Positions 25,880 to 35,951 are shown, counted from the stretch's first letter. The stretch: 64,000 nucleotides of DNA from Actinomycetota bacterium (GCA_050260215.1 JBLNBU010000227.1:593-64592); one strand, 5' to 3'. Translations and numbers: made by a program. The notes: a model not told the origin generated them from the sequence alone.

Positions 25880-27679
25880 TCACTTCAATGGCTCGCCCGC
25901 GGTCTTCAGGCGCAGGTAGCGGCGGCAGCGGTCCTCGAAGGGGGCGTGGCGCAGCCGCGCCAGGGCGTCGGCCAGGTCGCCGGGAAGGGTTGCCGCCATC
26001 GCCGCGGTCTCGCCGCCCAGGCGCGCCAGCCAGCCGAGATTGGCAAGCCCGACGTCGTGCACGCCCACCCGGCTGGGCGCCGGCGCATCGAAGCGGGGCA
26101 GCGTCTCCCGCCACAGGTCGTTGCGCACCTTGATCACATAGGGAAAGGCCCCGCCCGTGGTGGCGACCGTCCGGTAGTTGGCGGCGATGGCCGCGGTGAT
26201 GGACTGCGCCCACGGCTCCTGGTCCAGGTTCTTGTCGTCGACCAGGACCGCGATCGTGCCGGCGCGCAGCCGTGCGGCAAGGGTGTCGGCCGAAACCAGC
26301 CGATAGCGGGCGGCGGTGGCCTCGTCGAGGCCCGGCATCCACGCCAGCTGCGCGGTGGCGTTGTTGTATTCCATGCCGTCGGGCAGGCGCCGGTCCGCAT
26401 AGACGGCAGGCAGCGCGGCGAACGACATGATGGTGTCGCCGGCGGCGGTATTCTCCTCGACCCAGCAGCCGACCTGGGCGGCGACCTGGGGCCGGGCGCT
26501 GCTGGGTTCGTTGCGGCGCAAGGCGTGGACCGTGGTCCAGCCCAGGAACACCGCCACATAGGGCACCAGCGACACCGCCAGCACCGCCCGCATCCAGGCG
26601 GGAACGCGGGCCTCGGGCGCGGCGGGCAGCAGGCCGGCGTGGTAGAGGGCGGCGCAGACCGTCAACGCCATCAGCGGCAGCACGGCCTGGATGTAGTAGG
26701 GAAGGATGATGGTGGCGAAATGGGCAAGCACCACCACCGCGGCCAGCACCGCGGAGTGGCGCACCACCGGATCGGCAAGGAAGGCGCGCCGGGGTGCGGA
26801 GGTGGGTGCGCGGGCGAAGCCCACGGCCGCGGCGGCGCCCAGCACCAGGAAGGCGATGTTGATGTATTGGGCCTTCAACGTGGTGTCGAACCAGAAGAAG
26901 AAGCCCCACAGCACCCCCAGGTGGCTGGACAGGAAATCGACGACCATCTTCACGCCGGTGGGCGAGCCCATGTGGCCCTCGTATTCCAGCCGCGCGCGGG
27001 CGCGCAGCAGGTCGAACACGGTGGCCTGGGGATCGGCGGCCAGGACTGCCAGCAGGGGAAGCGCCGCGATCAGCCCGCCCAGGCAGAAGACCATGGCGGC
27101 CCCGATGGCCTGGCGGCGCCCGGCGGGTTGGGCGCGGATCACCGCCACGGCCAGCAGCGCCACCGCGGCCGGCCCCAGGACCAGGCGCGTCGCTCCCAGC
27201 CAGCCGGCGGCGAAGCCGGCCAGGAACAGGTCGCGACGGTCGGGCCGCCGCCGCTCGACCAGGTAGAAGGCGCCGACCAGGCAGAAGTTGGCCACCGGAT
27301 AGTGGATGACCTGGACGTTCCAGTAGAACCAGACATGGGACAGGCCGATCAGGACGAAGGCCAGCAGTCCCGCCCGGCTGCCGTAGCGCTGGTGCGCCAG
27401 GGCGGCGACCATGGCGGTCACCGCGACGATGGAGGCGACCGAGACCAGCCGCATGGCTTCGAGCGAGGGAGAAAGCCAGCGTGCCACCGCCGCGAACGGG
27501 ATGTAGAAGTCGGGCGGCTGCAGGATGAACATGTCCAGCACCGGCAGCTTGCCCCGCGCGATGGCCAGCATCGAATAGGCATAGCCGGCCTCGTCGCCGC
27601 CGACCGGATAGAACATGGCGGCGACGATCAGCCAGGCCACCCACAGGGCGGCGACAGCGGTCAGGACGATACGGCGCAT
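25880..27679 (-). CDS. Integral-membrane glycosyltransferase, GT-C fold (ArnT/GT39-83-like)
   Basis: From MRRIVLTAVAALWVAWLIVAAMFYPVGGDEAGYAY (TM1 followed by a DE loop). Many hydrophobic spans, then a soluble C-terminal domain. ATG 27679 overlaps the end of the AsnB-like gene by 19 nt. Confidence 0.7.
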   Translation of the reverse strand: MRRIVLTAVAALWVAWLIVAAMFYPVGGDEAGYAYSMLAIARGKLPVLDMFILQPPDFYIPFAAVARWLSPSLEAMRLVSVASIVAVTAMVAALAHQRYGSRAGLLAFVLIGLSHVWFYWNVQVIHYPVANFCLVGAFYLVERRRPDRRDLFLAGFAAGWLGATRLVLGPAAVALLAVAVIRAQPAGRRQAIGAAMVFCLGGLIAALPLLAVLAADPQATVFDLLRARARLEYEGHMGSPTGVKMVVDFLSSHLGVLWGFFFWFDTTLKAQYINIAFLVLGAAAAVGFARAPTSAPRRAFLADPVVRHSAVLAAVVVLAHFATIILPYYIQAVLPLMALTVCAALYHAGLLPAAPEARVPAWMRAVLAVSLVPYVAVFLGWTTVHALRRNEPSSARPQVAAQVGCWVEENTAAGDTIMSFAALPAVYADRRLPDGMEYNNATAQLAWMPGLDEATAARYRLVSADTLAARLRAGTIAVLVDDKNLDQEPWAQSITAAIAANYRTVATTGGAFPYVIKVRNDLWRETLPRFDAPAPSRVGVHDVGLANLGWLARLGGETAAMAATLPGDLADALARLRHAPFEDRCRRYLRLKTAGEPLK

Positions 27680-29577
27680 GCGGACTCCACGTCTGCGGCC
27701 TGCCCCAGCCACAAACCCAGGCAGGTCAGGGCGAAAAGGCGGAAACCATGGTCGGCGCGCCGGGTCCGGTGCTCGTGCCACAGCCGCTCGACGGCGGCCT
27801 TGTCGCACCAGTCGAGCAAGGGCCCGGCGGTGGTGACGTCGCGGCCCAGTTCCATCAGTTCCCCGTTCAGCCAATGGCCCACCGGCGAGCCGAAGCCCGA
27901 TTTCGGACGGTCGACCACGGCCCGCGGCAACCGGCGGACGGCGGCGTCCTTGAGGATCTTCTTGGTGGTCAGCCCCGACAGCTTCCAGTCGGCGGGCAAG
28001 GCCGCTGCGAACTCGACGATGCGGTGGTCGAGCAGCGGGGCACGGGCCTCCAGCGCATGGGCCATGGTCATGCGGTCGACCTTGACCAGGATGTCGTCGA
28101 CCAGCCAGGTCTTGATGTCCACATACATGGCCTGGTCGATGTAGTGGCAGCCGCGCACCGCCTCGAAATGGTGGGCCAGGGCGTCGAAAGGGTCCGGTCC
28201 CAGGACCGCGGCATGGCGGTCGGCGCGGACCACCGCCGCGCGCTCGGGCCCGTGGAACAGGGTGCGCCAGAACACATGGGCCCGCTCGAAGGGCAGGGCG
28301 TGGCCGGCCAGGAACTGGCGCGCCTTGTAGTCCCAGCTCACCTTGCCCCGCCCTGGCGGCACCCAACGGTCGAGGAACCCCGAGGCCGCCCGCGTCGACC
28401 AGCGCGGCAGCCACGAGGTCAGGTGGTGGATGCGGTCGGCGGCATAGGTGACATAGCCGCCGAACGCCTCGTCGCCGCCGTCGCCCGACAGGCAGACGGT
28501 GACGTGCCGGCGGGCGAACTGGGCCAGGAACCATACCGGGATCATGGACGTGTCGGCGAAGGGTTCGTCGGCGGCGTGAACGATGGCGGGCAGGCTGGCG
28601 GCCATGGCGGCGTCGACCGTCTCGCCGCGGTTGTGCACCCCCAGGCAGCCGGCGGTGTGGGCGGCGGCCTCGGCCTCGCTGAAGCCCTGCTCGGCAAAGC
28701 CGATGGTGAAGGTTTCCACCCTTTCGGCCGACCCGGCGCGGGCCATGGACTCGACCACCGTGGCGGAATCGATGCCGCCGCTGAGGAACGCCCCCAGCGG
28801 CACGTCGCTGACCAGCCGCGCGGCGACCGCCTCGTCGATCAGCGCGCCCAGCTCCTCGGTTGCCGCCCGGCGGTTGGCGAATTTGCGCTTGGCCCGGAAA
28901 TGGGCGGCCAGGTCCCAATAGCTGCCGCGGGTGGAGCGGCCGTCGGCGGTGACGGTCAGGGTCTCGCCCGGGCCCAGCTTGGCGACGCCGTCCAGGATGC
29001 AATCGTCGCCCAGCACGTAGCCGAACGACAGGAACTGGCCCAGGGCGCGCGCCGATATCTCGGCGCCGGCCAAGGGATGGCGCCGCAGCGCCTTGAGTTC
29101 CGAGGCGAACGCCAAGCCCTGGGGCCTAAGCGCAAAGAACAACGGCTTCTTGCCCAGCCGGTCGCGCGCCAGGGTCAGGGTGCCGTCGCGGCCGTTCCAG
29201 ACCGCGAAGGCGAACATGCCCACCAGGCGGGCCAGGCAGTCGGCTCCCCAGGTGGCCCAGGCGGCCAGCAGCACCTCGGTGTCGCTGGCGGTGTGGAAGC
29301 GGTGCCCCCTGGCCTCGAGGTCGCGGCGCAGGTCGCGGTAGTTGTAGATCTCGCCGTTGAAGACGATGGCCAGCCCCGCCTCCTCGAGTGCCATCGGCTG
29401 GTTGGCGGCGGTTGCGGTGTCGATGACGGACAGGCGACGGTGGGCCAGCAGCGCCGGGCCGAAGCGGGCCAGCCCTTCGGCGTCGGGGCCGCGATGGGCC
29501 AGGGCATCGGCCATGCGCCGCACCGCCAAGGCGTCGTCGAGACCATCGAAGCGCAGGGAACCGGCAATGCCGCACAT
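27661..29577 (-). CDS. Asparagine synthase (glutamine-hydrolysing) family amidotransferase
   Basis: From MCGIAGSLRF. Motifs GEIYNY and FLSGGIDS. ATG at 29577; the ORF-track start 29634 is an extension. Confidence 0.9.
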   Translation of the reverse strand: MCGIAGSLRFDGLDDALAVRRMADALAHRGPDAEGLARFGPALLAHRRLSVIDTATAANQPMALEEAGLAIVFNGEIYNYRDLRRDLEARGHRFHTASDTEVLLAAWATWGADCLARLVGMFAFAVWNGRDGTLTLARDRLGKKPLFFALRPQGLAFASELKALRRHPLAGAEISARALGQFLSFGYVLGDDCILDGVAKLGPGETLTVTADGRSTRGSYWDLAAHFRAKRKFANRRAATEELGALIDEAVAARLVSDVPLGAFLSGGIDSATVVESMARAGSAERVETFTIGFAEQGFSEAEAAAHTAGCLGVHNRGETVDAAMAASLPAIVHAADEPFADTSMIPVWFLAQFARRHVTVCLSGDGGDEAFGGYVTYAADRIHHLTSWLPRWSTRAASGFLDRWVPPGRGKVSWDYKARQFLAGHALPFERAHVFWRTLFHGPERAAVVRADRHAAVLGPDPFDALAHHFEAVRGCHYIDQAMYVDIKTWLVDDILVKVDRMTMAHALEARAPLLDHRIVEFAAALPADWKLSGLTTKKILKDAAVRRLPRAVVDRPKSGFGSPVGHWLNGELMELGRDVTTAGPLLDWCDKAAVERLWHEHRTRRADHGFRLFALTCLGLWLGQAADVESACAVSS

Positions 29578-29654
29578 GGCAGGCGCTAGTCCTCGGCGCC
29601 GACGTTGAGGTCGCGCGCAATGCTCATGGTCCACCCCCGTTGGCGCAGGGTGCC

Positions 29655-29683
29655 ATTACCGTGCCGAGCCCGGCCAAAGTCAA
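29655..29683 (-). promoter_or_regulatory. Putative sigma70-like promoter (TTGACT-N17-GGTAAT) for the AsnB/GT-C operon, embedded in a conserved 12-nt motif
   Basis: The reverse complement reads GTTGACTTTGGCCGGGCTCGGCACGGTAAT. The 12-mer GCCAAAGTCAAC (29673-29684) recurs at 34152-34163 in the same orientation, also upstream of a minus-strand operon. Confidence 0.3.
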
Positions 29684-29743
29684 CGGCCGAATGCGGGCCA
29701 TGGCGCTTGACACGGTCGCAGGCGTCCGCCGATTCTCTCGGCC

Positions 29744-31552
29744 ATGATGTTTTCGGCCATCTCGCGGGCGATCGGCCTGCTTTCCCCCGACCAGCGAAAG
29801 CGCTTCATCCTCTTGTGCGCCGCGACGGTCGTGGCATCGCTGGCCGAGATGCTCAGTCTCGGCATGCTGTTCCCGCTGATCAAGGTGGTGGCCGACCCGG
29901 GCGTGGTCAAAGGCGTGCCCGGGCTGGGCCCGCTGGTGGCGCTGGCCGGCGGCGACGACCATCGGCTGGTGCTGGTGTTCGCCGGCGCCTTCGCCGCCAT
30001 CTTCGTGGTCAAAAGCGTCTATGTGTACCTGGTCGGCCTGGCCCAGGTGCGCTTCATCCAGTCCAATCACGCCGCGGTCGCCCGCCGGCTGCTGGGCGCC
30101 TATATCGACGCGCCGTTCTCGTTCCACCTGGGGCGCAATTCCGCCGACCTGGTGCGCAACATCCACGACGGCCTCTACAGCGTGTTCGCCGGAATGCTGA
30201 CCCACGCCGTGCGCGCTTTCACCGAGGCGTCCACCGGCCTGGCCATGCTGGTGCTCTTGTTCGTCGCCAACCCGCAGGTGGCGCTGCTGTGCTTCGGCAG
30301 CGCCGGCACGGTGTTCGTGGCCGGCTACCTTCTGGTGCACGGCCGCTTCGACAAGCTGGGCAAGCAGAAATACGCGCAGCTCGCCAACCGGCTGAAGCTG
30401 CTCAACCAGTGCCTGGGCAGCATCAAGGAAATCAAGGTCATCGGGCGCCAGGACTACTTCTCGGCCCAGTACCACGCCGCCGACCACGAGATCAATTCGG
30501 TGATGTACCGCATGGCGGCGCTGTCGGATGCGCCGCGCTATGCGCTGGAGGCGTCCATGGTGGTGATCATCTCGGTGGTCATCATGCTGAAGGCCGGCGA
30601 TTCCGCCGCCGACCTGGTCGCCACCCTTGGCGTGTACGCCGCCGCGGCCTTCCGGCTGATGCCGTCGGCCAACCGGCTGACCATCGCCATGGCCCAGGTC
30701 CGCCACAACGCCGCCGCCGTCGACCAGGTCGCGCGGGACTTCGACGAGATCGCCGCCGAGCTGGCGAAACTGCCGCCCCGCGCCAACGCCACCGGGCCGG
30801 CCGAGTTCACCACCCTGCAGCTGCGCGGCCTGGGCTATCACTATCCGCAAGGCGCGCGGCCGGCGCTGACCGGCATCGACCTGGACATCCGGCGGGGCGA
30901 GTGGGTGGCCCTGGTGGGGCGCTCGGGGGCGGGCAAGTCGACCCTGGCCGAGATCCTGCTGCGCCTGCTCGAACCGTCCGAGGGCGGGCTGCTGGTCGAT
31001 GGCCGCCCGGTTGGCCCGGACGGGAGCGGGTGGCCGCAGACCGGCTACGTGCCGCAGACCATCTATATCTTCGACGACACCATCCGCAACAACGTCACCC
31101 TGGGCATGCCCGCCTCTGATGGGGCCATCGAGCGGCTGCTGGCCGAGGTCAAGCTGACCGAGTTCATCGCCGACCTGCCCGGCGGCCTCGAATCACTGGC
31201 GGGTGAACGGGGCGTGCGCATGTCGGGAGGGCAGCGCCAGCGCCTGGGCATCGCCCGCGCGCTGTTCCCCGATCCCCAGCTCTTGGTCCTGGACGAGGCG
31301 ACCTCGGCCCTGGATTCCGAGACCGAGCGGGCGTTCATCGACGCCCTCGAGCAGATGCGCGGCGAGCGCACCATCATCATGATCGCTCATCGTCTCAGCA
31401 CGGTGCGGCACTGCGACCGCATCGTCTTCGTCGACGGCGGCCGCATCGACGACCACGGCAGCTTCGCCGAGCTCATGGACCGCAACCCGCGCTTCCGCGC
31501 CCTGGTGCGCGCCTCGGGCGACGAGCACGAGGCCGAGCCCGCGCCTCTATGA
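29744..31552 (+). CDS. ABC exporter, fused permease + ATPase (MsbA/PglK/Wzk-like)
   Basis: 602 aa. N-terminal transmembrane domain, Walker A GRSGAGKST, signature MSGGQRQR, Walker B LLVLDEATSALD. Confidence 0.9.
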   Translation: MMFSAISRAIGLLSPDQRKRFILLCAATVVASLAEMLSLGMLFPLIKVVADPGVVKGVPGLGPLVALAGGDDHRLVLVFAGAFAAIFVVKSVYVYLVGLAQVRFIQSNHAAVARRLLGAYIDAPFSFHLGRNSADLVRNIHDGLYSVFAGMLTHAVRAFTEASTGLAMLVLLFVANPQVALLCFGSAGTVFVAGYLLVHGRFDKLGKQKYAQLANRLKLLNQCLGSIKEIKVIGRQDYFSAQYHAADHEINSVMYRMAALSDAPRYALEASMVVIISVVIMLKAGDSAADLVATLGVYAAAAFRLMPSANRLTIAMAQVRHNAAAVDQVARDFDEIAAELAKLPPRANATGPAEFTTLQLRGLGYHYPQGARPALTGIDLDIRRGEWVALVGRSGAGKSTLAEILLRLLEPSEGGLLVDGRPVGPDGSGWPQTGYVPQTIYIFDDTIRNNVTLGMPASDGAIERLLAEVKLTEFIADLPGGLESLAGERGVRMSGGQRQRLGIARALFPDPQLLVLDEATSALDSETERAFIDALEQMRGERTIIMIAHRLSTVRHCDRIVFVDGGRIDDHGSFAELMDRNPRFRALVRASGDEHEAEPAPL

Positions 31553-31562
31553 GCCCGCGCCC

Positions 31563-33080
31563 CTATGAGGTGGTGTCGGTGGCCGCGGTGGCGATCGACG
31601 CCGAGCGGCGCCGGCGCTTCTTGGCCTGGCCGCTGAGGAAGTAATAGTTCACCGCCCGCCAGGCATTGCGGATCCAGCTGACCGGGTCGTTGGGGCGGGC
31701 GCCGCGGAAGATGCGGAAGCTCAGCAGGTACGTATTGAAGATCGAGCCGACGAAATTATACAGGCTCGGCAACGGCAGGCTGGCCAGCGGCTTCAACATC
31801 GGCTGCATGAAGTCGGGCAGGTTGCAGAAGATCGGCCCGAGATAGCTGAGGTTCAGCTGGATCCGGCGTTCCATCGCCGTGTAGTTGGTCAGCACCGACT
31901 CGTTGCGATAGGTGTTGTTGTAGTCGAAATTGTCGGGCAGCACGCCTCTCATCTTGGCGTACTCGGTCAGCTCGGTGCGCGGGAACGGGCAGAACACGCT
32001 GAACGTCGCCGCGGTGGGGGCCGCCTTGCGGGCGAAGGCGATGGACTGGAAGTCCTGGTCCAGGGTGGTCCCCGGCAGCCCCAGCATGGTGTTCGAGTGG
32101 GTGTAGATGCCGTACTTGCGCGCGACCGCATAGGCGTTCAGCAGCACCTCGTCGGGCATGTTGCGCTTGAGCACCGCGTTGCGGGCCTCGAGCACGCCGG
32201 TCTCGATGGACATGGAGACCGACTGGCAGCCGGCCTTCTTCAGCAGCCGGCCGACATCGTCGACCAGCCCGTCGGCGCGGATCAGGCAATAGAACGGCAG
32301 GCCGACCTCGCGCGGGTAGCGCTCGGCGAATTCCTCGAGCCAGGCGTCGGCGCGGATGGCGAAGACGTCGTCGGAAAACCGCAGGAAGCGCATTTCCGGG
32401 AAGGTCTCGCGCACGTACTTGATCTCGGCCAGGAGATGGTCGACCGAACGGCGCACGAACAGCTTGCGGCCCTCGCCCTTGAACATCCGGTTGTAGGCGT
32501 GGTTGAAGCAGTAGGTGCACTTGTAGGGGCAGCCGCGCTGGGTCTGGAACGACCGGATGCCGACCTGCTGCAGGTTGGGGTCGAAGTCGTAGATCAGCGA
32601 GCGGTCGAGGAACGGCAGGGCGTCCAGGTCCTCGACGACCTCCTTGATCAGGGTGTCCGATGTGCTGGCCAGCACGTTGGGAATGCCCGAGAAGTCGCGG
32701 CCGGCCTCGATGCGGTCCAAGATGGCGGGCAGGGCGTTGTCGCCATGGCCGACGACGATGGCGTCCAGGCCCATCTTGTCGAGCACTTCGGGGAAGTAGG
32801 TGGCGTGCGGCCCGCCCATGATGCGCCAGACCTTGCGGCCGGTCGCATGCATGTACTCCTTCACCTGGTTGTCGCCCTCGACGAAGATGTGCTCGTTGGC
32901 GGTGATGGTCGAATAGCCGACCAGGTCGGGTTCGAACTCGCGCAGGGCCTCTTCCATGGGCTGGCGGGTCAGCACGCACAGCCGGGTCTGGTGGCCCTTC
33001 TTCTTGGCGATGGCCGACAGCAGCATCACCCCGAGGGGTTCGGAAAAGAACAGGTGGGAGGTGACGAACAGGATCTTCAT
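31563..33080 (-). CDS. B12-binding-domain radical SAM enzyme
   Basis: From MKILFVTSHLF. Motifs DLVGYSTITANE, IMGGPHATYFP, and the cluster motif QRGCPYKCTYCFN. The alternative GTG start at 33101 would overlap the upstream gene. Confidence 0.85.
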   Translation of the reverse strand: MKILFVTSHLFFSEPLGVMLLSAIAKKKGHQTRLCVLTRQPMEEALREFEPDLVGYSTITANEHIFVEGDNQVKEYMHATGRKVWRIMGGPHATYFPEVLDKMGLDAIVVGHGDNALPAILDRIEAGRDFSGIPNVLASTSDTLIKEVVEDLDALPFLDRSLIYDFDPNLQQVGIRSFQTQRGCPYKCTYCFNHAYNRMFKGEGRKLFVRRSVDHLLAEIKYVRETFPEMRFLRFSDDVFAIRADAWLEEFAERYPREVGLPFYCLIRADGLVDDVGRLLKKAGCQSVSMSIETGVLEARNAVLKRNMPDEVLLNAYAVARKYGIYTHSNTMLGLPGTTLDQDFQSIAFARKAAPTAATFSVFCPFPRTELTEYAKMRGVLPDNFDYNNTYRNESVLTNYTAMERRIQLNLSYLGPIFCNLPDFMQPMLKPLASLPLPSLYNFVGSIFNTYLLSFRIFRGARPNDPVSWIRNAWRAVNYYFLSGQAKKRRRRSASIATAATDTTS

Positions 33081-33090
33081 GGACGGCCGA

Positions 33091-34092
33091 TCATGGCTCA
33101 CGGAACGGGACGGGTTCGGGATGGGCGGCCACCTCGGCCACGAGCTTGTCGTGGTCGATGGGGTCGCCCTTGGCGGTGATCAGCTCGGCCAGCATGCCGA
33201 AGCAGAACAGCTGGACCGAGATCACCCCGGTCATCACCCCGAAACTGAGCAATGGGCGGTGCCCGATGCTTTCGCTGGTGAACATCCAGATGCCGGTCAG
33301 GTACAGCAGGGTCACCAGGCTGACGAACCCCAGCGCCACGCCGACGCCGCCGAACAGGTGGCCCGGGCGGGTGGCATAGCGGGTCAGCGCCACCACCGTC
33401 ATCAGGTCGAGCAGCCCGCGCACGTACCGCTCCCACCCGTATTTCGACACACCGTGGCGGCGGGGGTGGTGTTCGACGGGGATCTCGGCGATGCGGAAGC
33501 CCTGGGCGTGGGCCAGCGCCGGTATATAACGGTGCAGCTCGCCGTAGAGGCGGATGTTGCGCAGCACCTCGGCCCGATAGGCCTTGAAGCCGCAGTTGAA
33601 GTCGCGCAGCGCCAGCCCGGTGACGCGTGCGGTCACCATGTTGAACAGCTTGGACGGCAGGGTCTTGTCCAGCGGGTCCTGGCGGCGTTCCTTCCAGCCC
33701 GACACCAGGTCGTAGCCTTCCTCCAGCTTGGCCAGGAAGCGCGGGATCTCCTTGGGATCGTCCTGCAGGTCGGCATCCATGGTGACGATCGCCGCGCCGC
33801 GGGCGCAGCGGAAGCCGGCCATCAGCGCGTCGGCCTTGCCGAAATTGCGCCGAAGCCTGAGCGCGCGGACGACGCGCGGGAACTGCGCCGCCAGGCGCGC
33901 CATTTCCGCCCAGCTGCCGTCGGTGCTGCCATCGTCGACGAGAATGAGTTCGTAGGGAATGTTGCCTGCGGTGGCCATGGCGGCGGCGACGCCTTGGACC
34001 AGTGCGGCCAGTGTCGAGCACTCGTTGAGCGCCGGAACCACCACGCTGACCTTTGGCACGGACAAGTCGGCGCTGATGTTCATAAGCTCCAT
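33091..34092 (-). CDS. Glycosyltransferase family 2, polyprenyl-phosphate glycosyltransferase (ArnC/GtrB/CsbB-like) with two C-terminal transmembrane helices
   Basis: From MELMNISADLSVPKVSVVVPALNE. Motifs LILVDDGSTDGS, MDADLQDDP and SGWKERRQDP. Hydrophobic segments are LFGGVGVALGFVSLVTLLYL and VMTGVISVQLFCFGMLAELI. Confidence 0.85.
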   Translation of the reverse strand: MELMNISADLSVPKVSVVVPALNECSTLAALVQGVAAAMATAGNIPYELILVDDGSTDGSWAEMARLAAQFPRVVRALRLRRNFGKADALMAGFRCARGAAIVTMDADLQDDPKEIPRFLAKLEEGYDLVSGWKERRQDPLDKTLPSKLFNMVTARVTGLALRDFNCGFKAYRAEVLRNIRLYGELHRYIPALAHAQGFRIAEIPVEHHPRRHGVSKYGWERYVRGLLDLMTVVALTRYATRPGHLFGGVGVALGFVSLVTLLYLTGIWMFTSESIGHRPLLSFGVMTGVISVQLFCFGMLAELITAKGDPIDHDKLVAEVAAHPEPVPFREP

Positions 34093-34133
34093 CTGGCGCC
34101 GCTTGTCTTCAAGGTCGGGGCGCAACGCGGCAA

Positions 34134-34162
34134 AGCTAGTGGATGTCGCCCGCCAAAGTCAA
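34134..34162 (-). promoter_or_regulatory. Putative sigma70-like promoter (TTGACT-N17/18-CTAGCT/TAGCTT) for the GT2/rSAM operon, with the same conserved 12-nt motif
   Basis: The reverse complement reads GTTGACTTTGGCGGGCGACATCCACTAGCTT. It shares GCCAAAGTCAAC with 29673-29684. Confidence 0.3.
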
Positions 34163-34303
34163 CACGACTGCCATTTTCGCGGGGCCGCCCGAGGGGCCCG
34201 CGGGGGGCCGAGCTAGTGCTTCAATTTCAGTTCGATCCGTCGTACAAGGAGCCTGGCCCATGGGGGAGTGCCACTCCCGGAACCGCCCCGAGAAAACTGT
34301 GAA

Positions 34304-35950
34304 ATGACCGTCGCTCCCAATACAAACGCGCCCGCCGTCGACCACGAAATGCGCGCCAAGGCCGGTCCGGTCAATTCGCTGACGGTTGCCGACGCCCTGG
34401 CCGCGTTCGCCCCGCCGGACCCGGCCCGCAGCCGCATCCAGTTGCTGCGCCCGTTCATCGTCATGTCGAAGACGTCCTACAGCACCCCCATCGTGCTGCC
34501 CATCGGTGCCGCCTATATCGGCGGGCTGATGGAGAAGGCGGGGTACGGCGTCGACATCATCGACGCGGTGGGCGAAGCGGTCGGCCAGATCGACCTGACC
34601 GAGGACGGCCGCAAGAAGCGCCAGGGCCTGTCGCCCGCGGCGATTCTTGACCGCATCGACCCCAAGGCGGCGGTGCTGGGCGTGTCGTTGATGTTCTCGC
34701 AGGAATGGATCGAGCATCGCGACCTCATCACCGAGATCCGCGCCCGCCATCCCGACATGATCATCGTCGCCGGCGGCGAGCACGTCACCGCCATGCCCCA
34801 GTTCGTGCTCGAGACCTGCCCCGCCATCGACTACCTGGTGATGGGCGAAGGCGAGCTGACCTTCCTCGAGCTGGTCCACCGCCTGCTGGCGGGCAAGCCG
34901 GTCGACGGCATGACCGGCATCGCCTATCGCGGGGCCGACGGCAAGGTGGTCCACACCGGGGTCGGCCGGCGCATCGTCGACTTCCAGAACCTGCCGCGTC
35001 CGGCCTGGCACCTGTGCCCGGTCGACAGCTATTTCGGCAAGGCGTTCGCCTTCGGCGTCTCGTTCGGCCGCAACATGCCGATCCTGGCCACCCGCGGCTG
35101 CCCGTACCAGTGCACCTTCTGCTCGAACCCGACCATGTGGACGACGCGCTACACCATGCGCGATCCGGCCGACGTGGTCGACGAGATCGAGCACCTGATC
35201 GCCACCTACGGCTGCAACAGCATCGACTTCGCCGACCTGACCGCCATCGTCAAGAAGCAGTGGATCCTGGACTTCTGCGTCGAACTGAAGCGGCGCAACG
35301 TCCGCATCGTCTGGCAGCTGCCCACCGGTACCCGTGCCGAGGCGCTGGACCACGAGACCCTGTCGGCCATTTACGACGCCGGCTGCCGGCTGGTGGTCTA
35401 TGCCCCCGAAAGCGGCTCGGAAGAGACGCTGAAGCTGATCAACAAGCGGCTCAAGCTGCAGAACGTGCTGGCCAGCGCGGCAGTGGCGGCCGAGATCGGC
35501 CACATGACCAAGGTGAACTTCATCCTGGGCTTTCCCGGCGAAACCCGCCGCTCCATGCTCGAGACCATCTGGTGCTGCCTCAAGATGGCGACCAAGGGGG
35601 TGGGGGACTGCAACGTCGCGGTGTTCTCGCCCTATCCGGGCTCGCTGCTGTTCAAGCAGCTGGTCGATGCGGGCAAGATCGACATCAACAGCGATGAATA
35701 CTTCCACGACCTGATCACGTTCTTCGATTTCACCCACTTGCGGGCCTATAACGAGAACGTCCCGGCGTGGGAGATCGGCATCTACCGGTTCATCGGCCTG
35801 GCCGGCTTCTACTCGGCCTCGTACCTGCTCTATCCCAAGCGCCTGTGGCGCCTGCTCAAGGGCGTGCTGGGCCACGAGTTCAAGCCGCAGTCGCTGTTCG
35901 AGCAGCGGGTCTACGACGCGATCGTGCGGTCGCGGCGGGCGGCCGACTGA
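34304..35950 (+). CDS. B12-binding-domain radical SAM enzyme
   Basis: From MTVAPNTNAP. Motifs VLGVSLMFSQEW, IIVAGGEHVTAMP, and the cluster motif TRGCPYQCTFCSNP. Confidence 0.85.
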   Translation: MTVAPNTNAPAVDHEMRAKAGPVNSLTVADALAAFAPPDPARSRIQLLRPFIVMSKTSYSTPIVLPIGAAYIGGLMEKAGYGVDIIDAVGEAVGQIDLTEDGRKKRQGLSPAAILDRIDPKAAVLGVSLMFSQEWIEHRDLITEIRARHPDMIIVAGGEHVTAMPQFVLETCPAIDYLVMGEGELTFLELVHRLLAGKPVDGMTGIAYRGADGKVVHTGVGRRIVDFQNLPRPAWHLCPVDSYFGKAFAFGVSFGRNMPILATRGCPYQCTFCSNPTMWTTRYTMRDPADVVDEIEHLIATYGCNSIDFADLTAIVKKQWILDFCVELKRRNVRIVWQLPTGTRAEALDHETLSAIYDAGCRLVVYAPESGSEETLKLINKRLKLQNVLASAAVAAEIGHMTKVNFILGFPGETRRSMLETIWCCLKMATKGVGDCNVAVFSPYPGSLLFKQLVDAGKIDINSDEYFHDLITFFDFTHLRAYNENVPAWEIGIYRFIGLAGFYSASYLLYPKRLWRLLKGVLGHEFKPQSLFEQRVYDAIVRSRRAAD

Positions 35951-35951
35951 A

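Noticed and set aside
25880-29002. Apparent giant fusion proteins in the ORF track. Examples are 25880-29002 (1040 aa), 55243-58323 (1026 aa), 40643-44161 (1172 aa), 22833-24965, 52392-54578, 8215-9834 and 19078-20730.
   Set aside because: Only the C-terminal parts carry real protein signatures. The N-terminal extensions are Arg/Pro/Gly-rich read-through into the neighbouring gene in another frame. Internal ATG/GTG codons that give short overlaps or gaps with the upstream stop were used instead.
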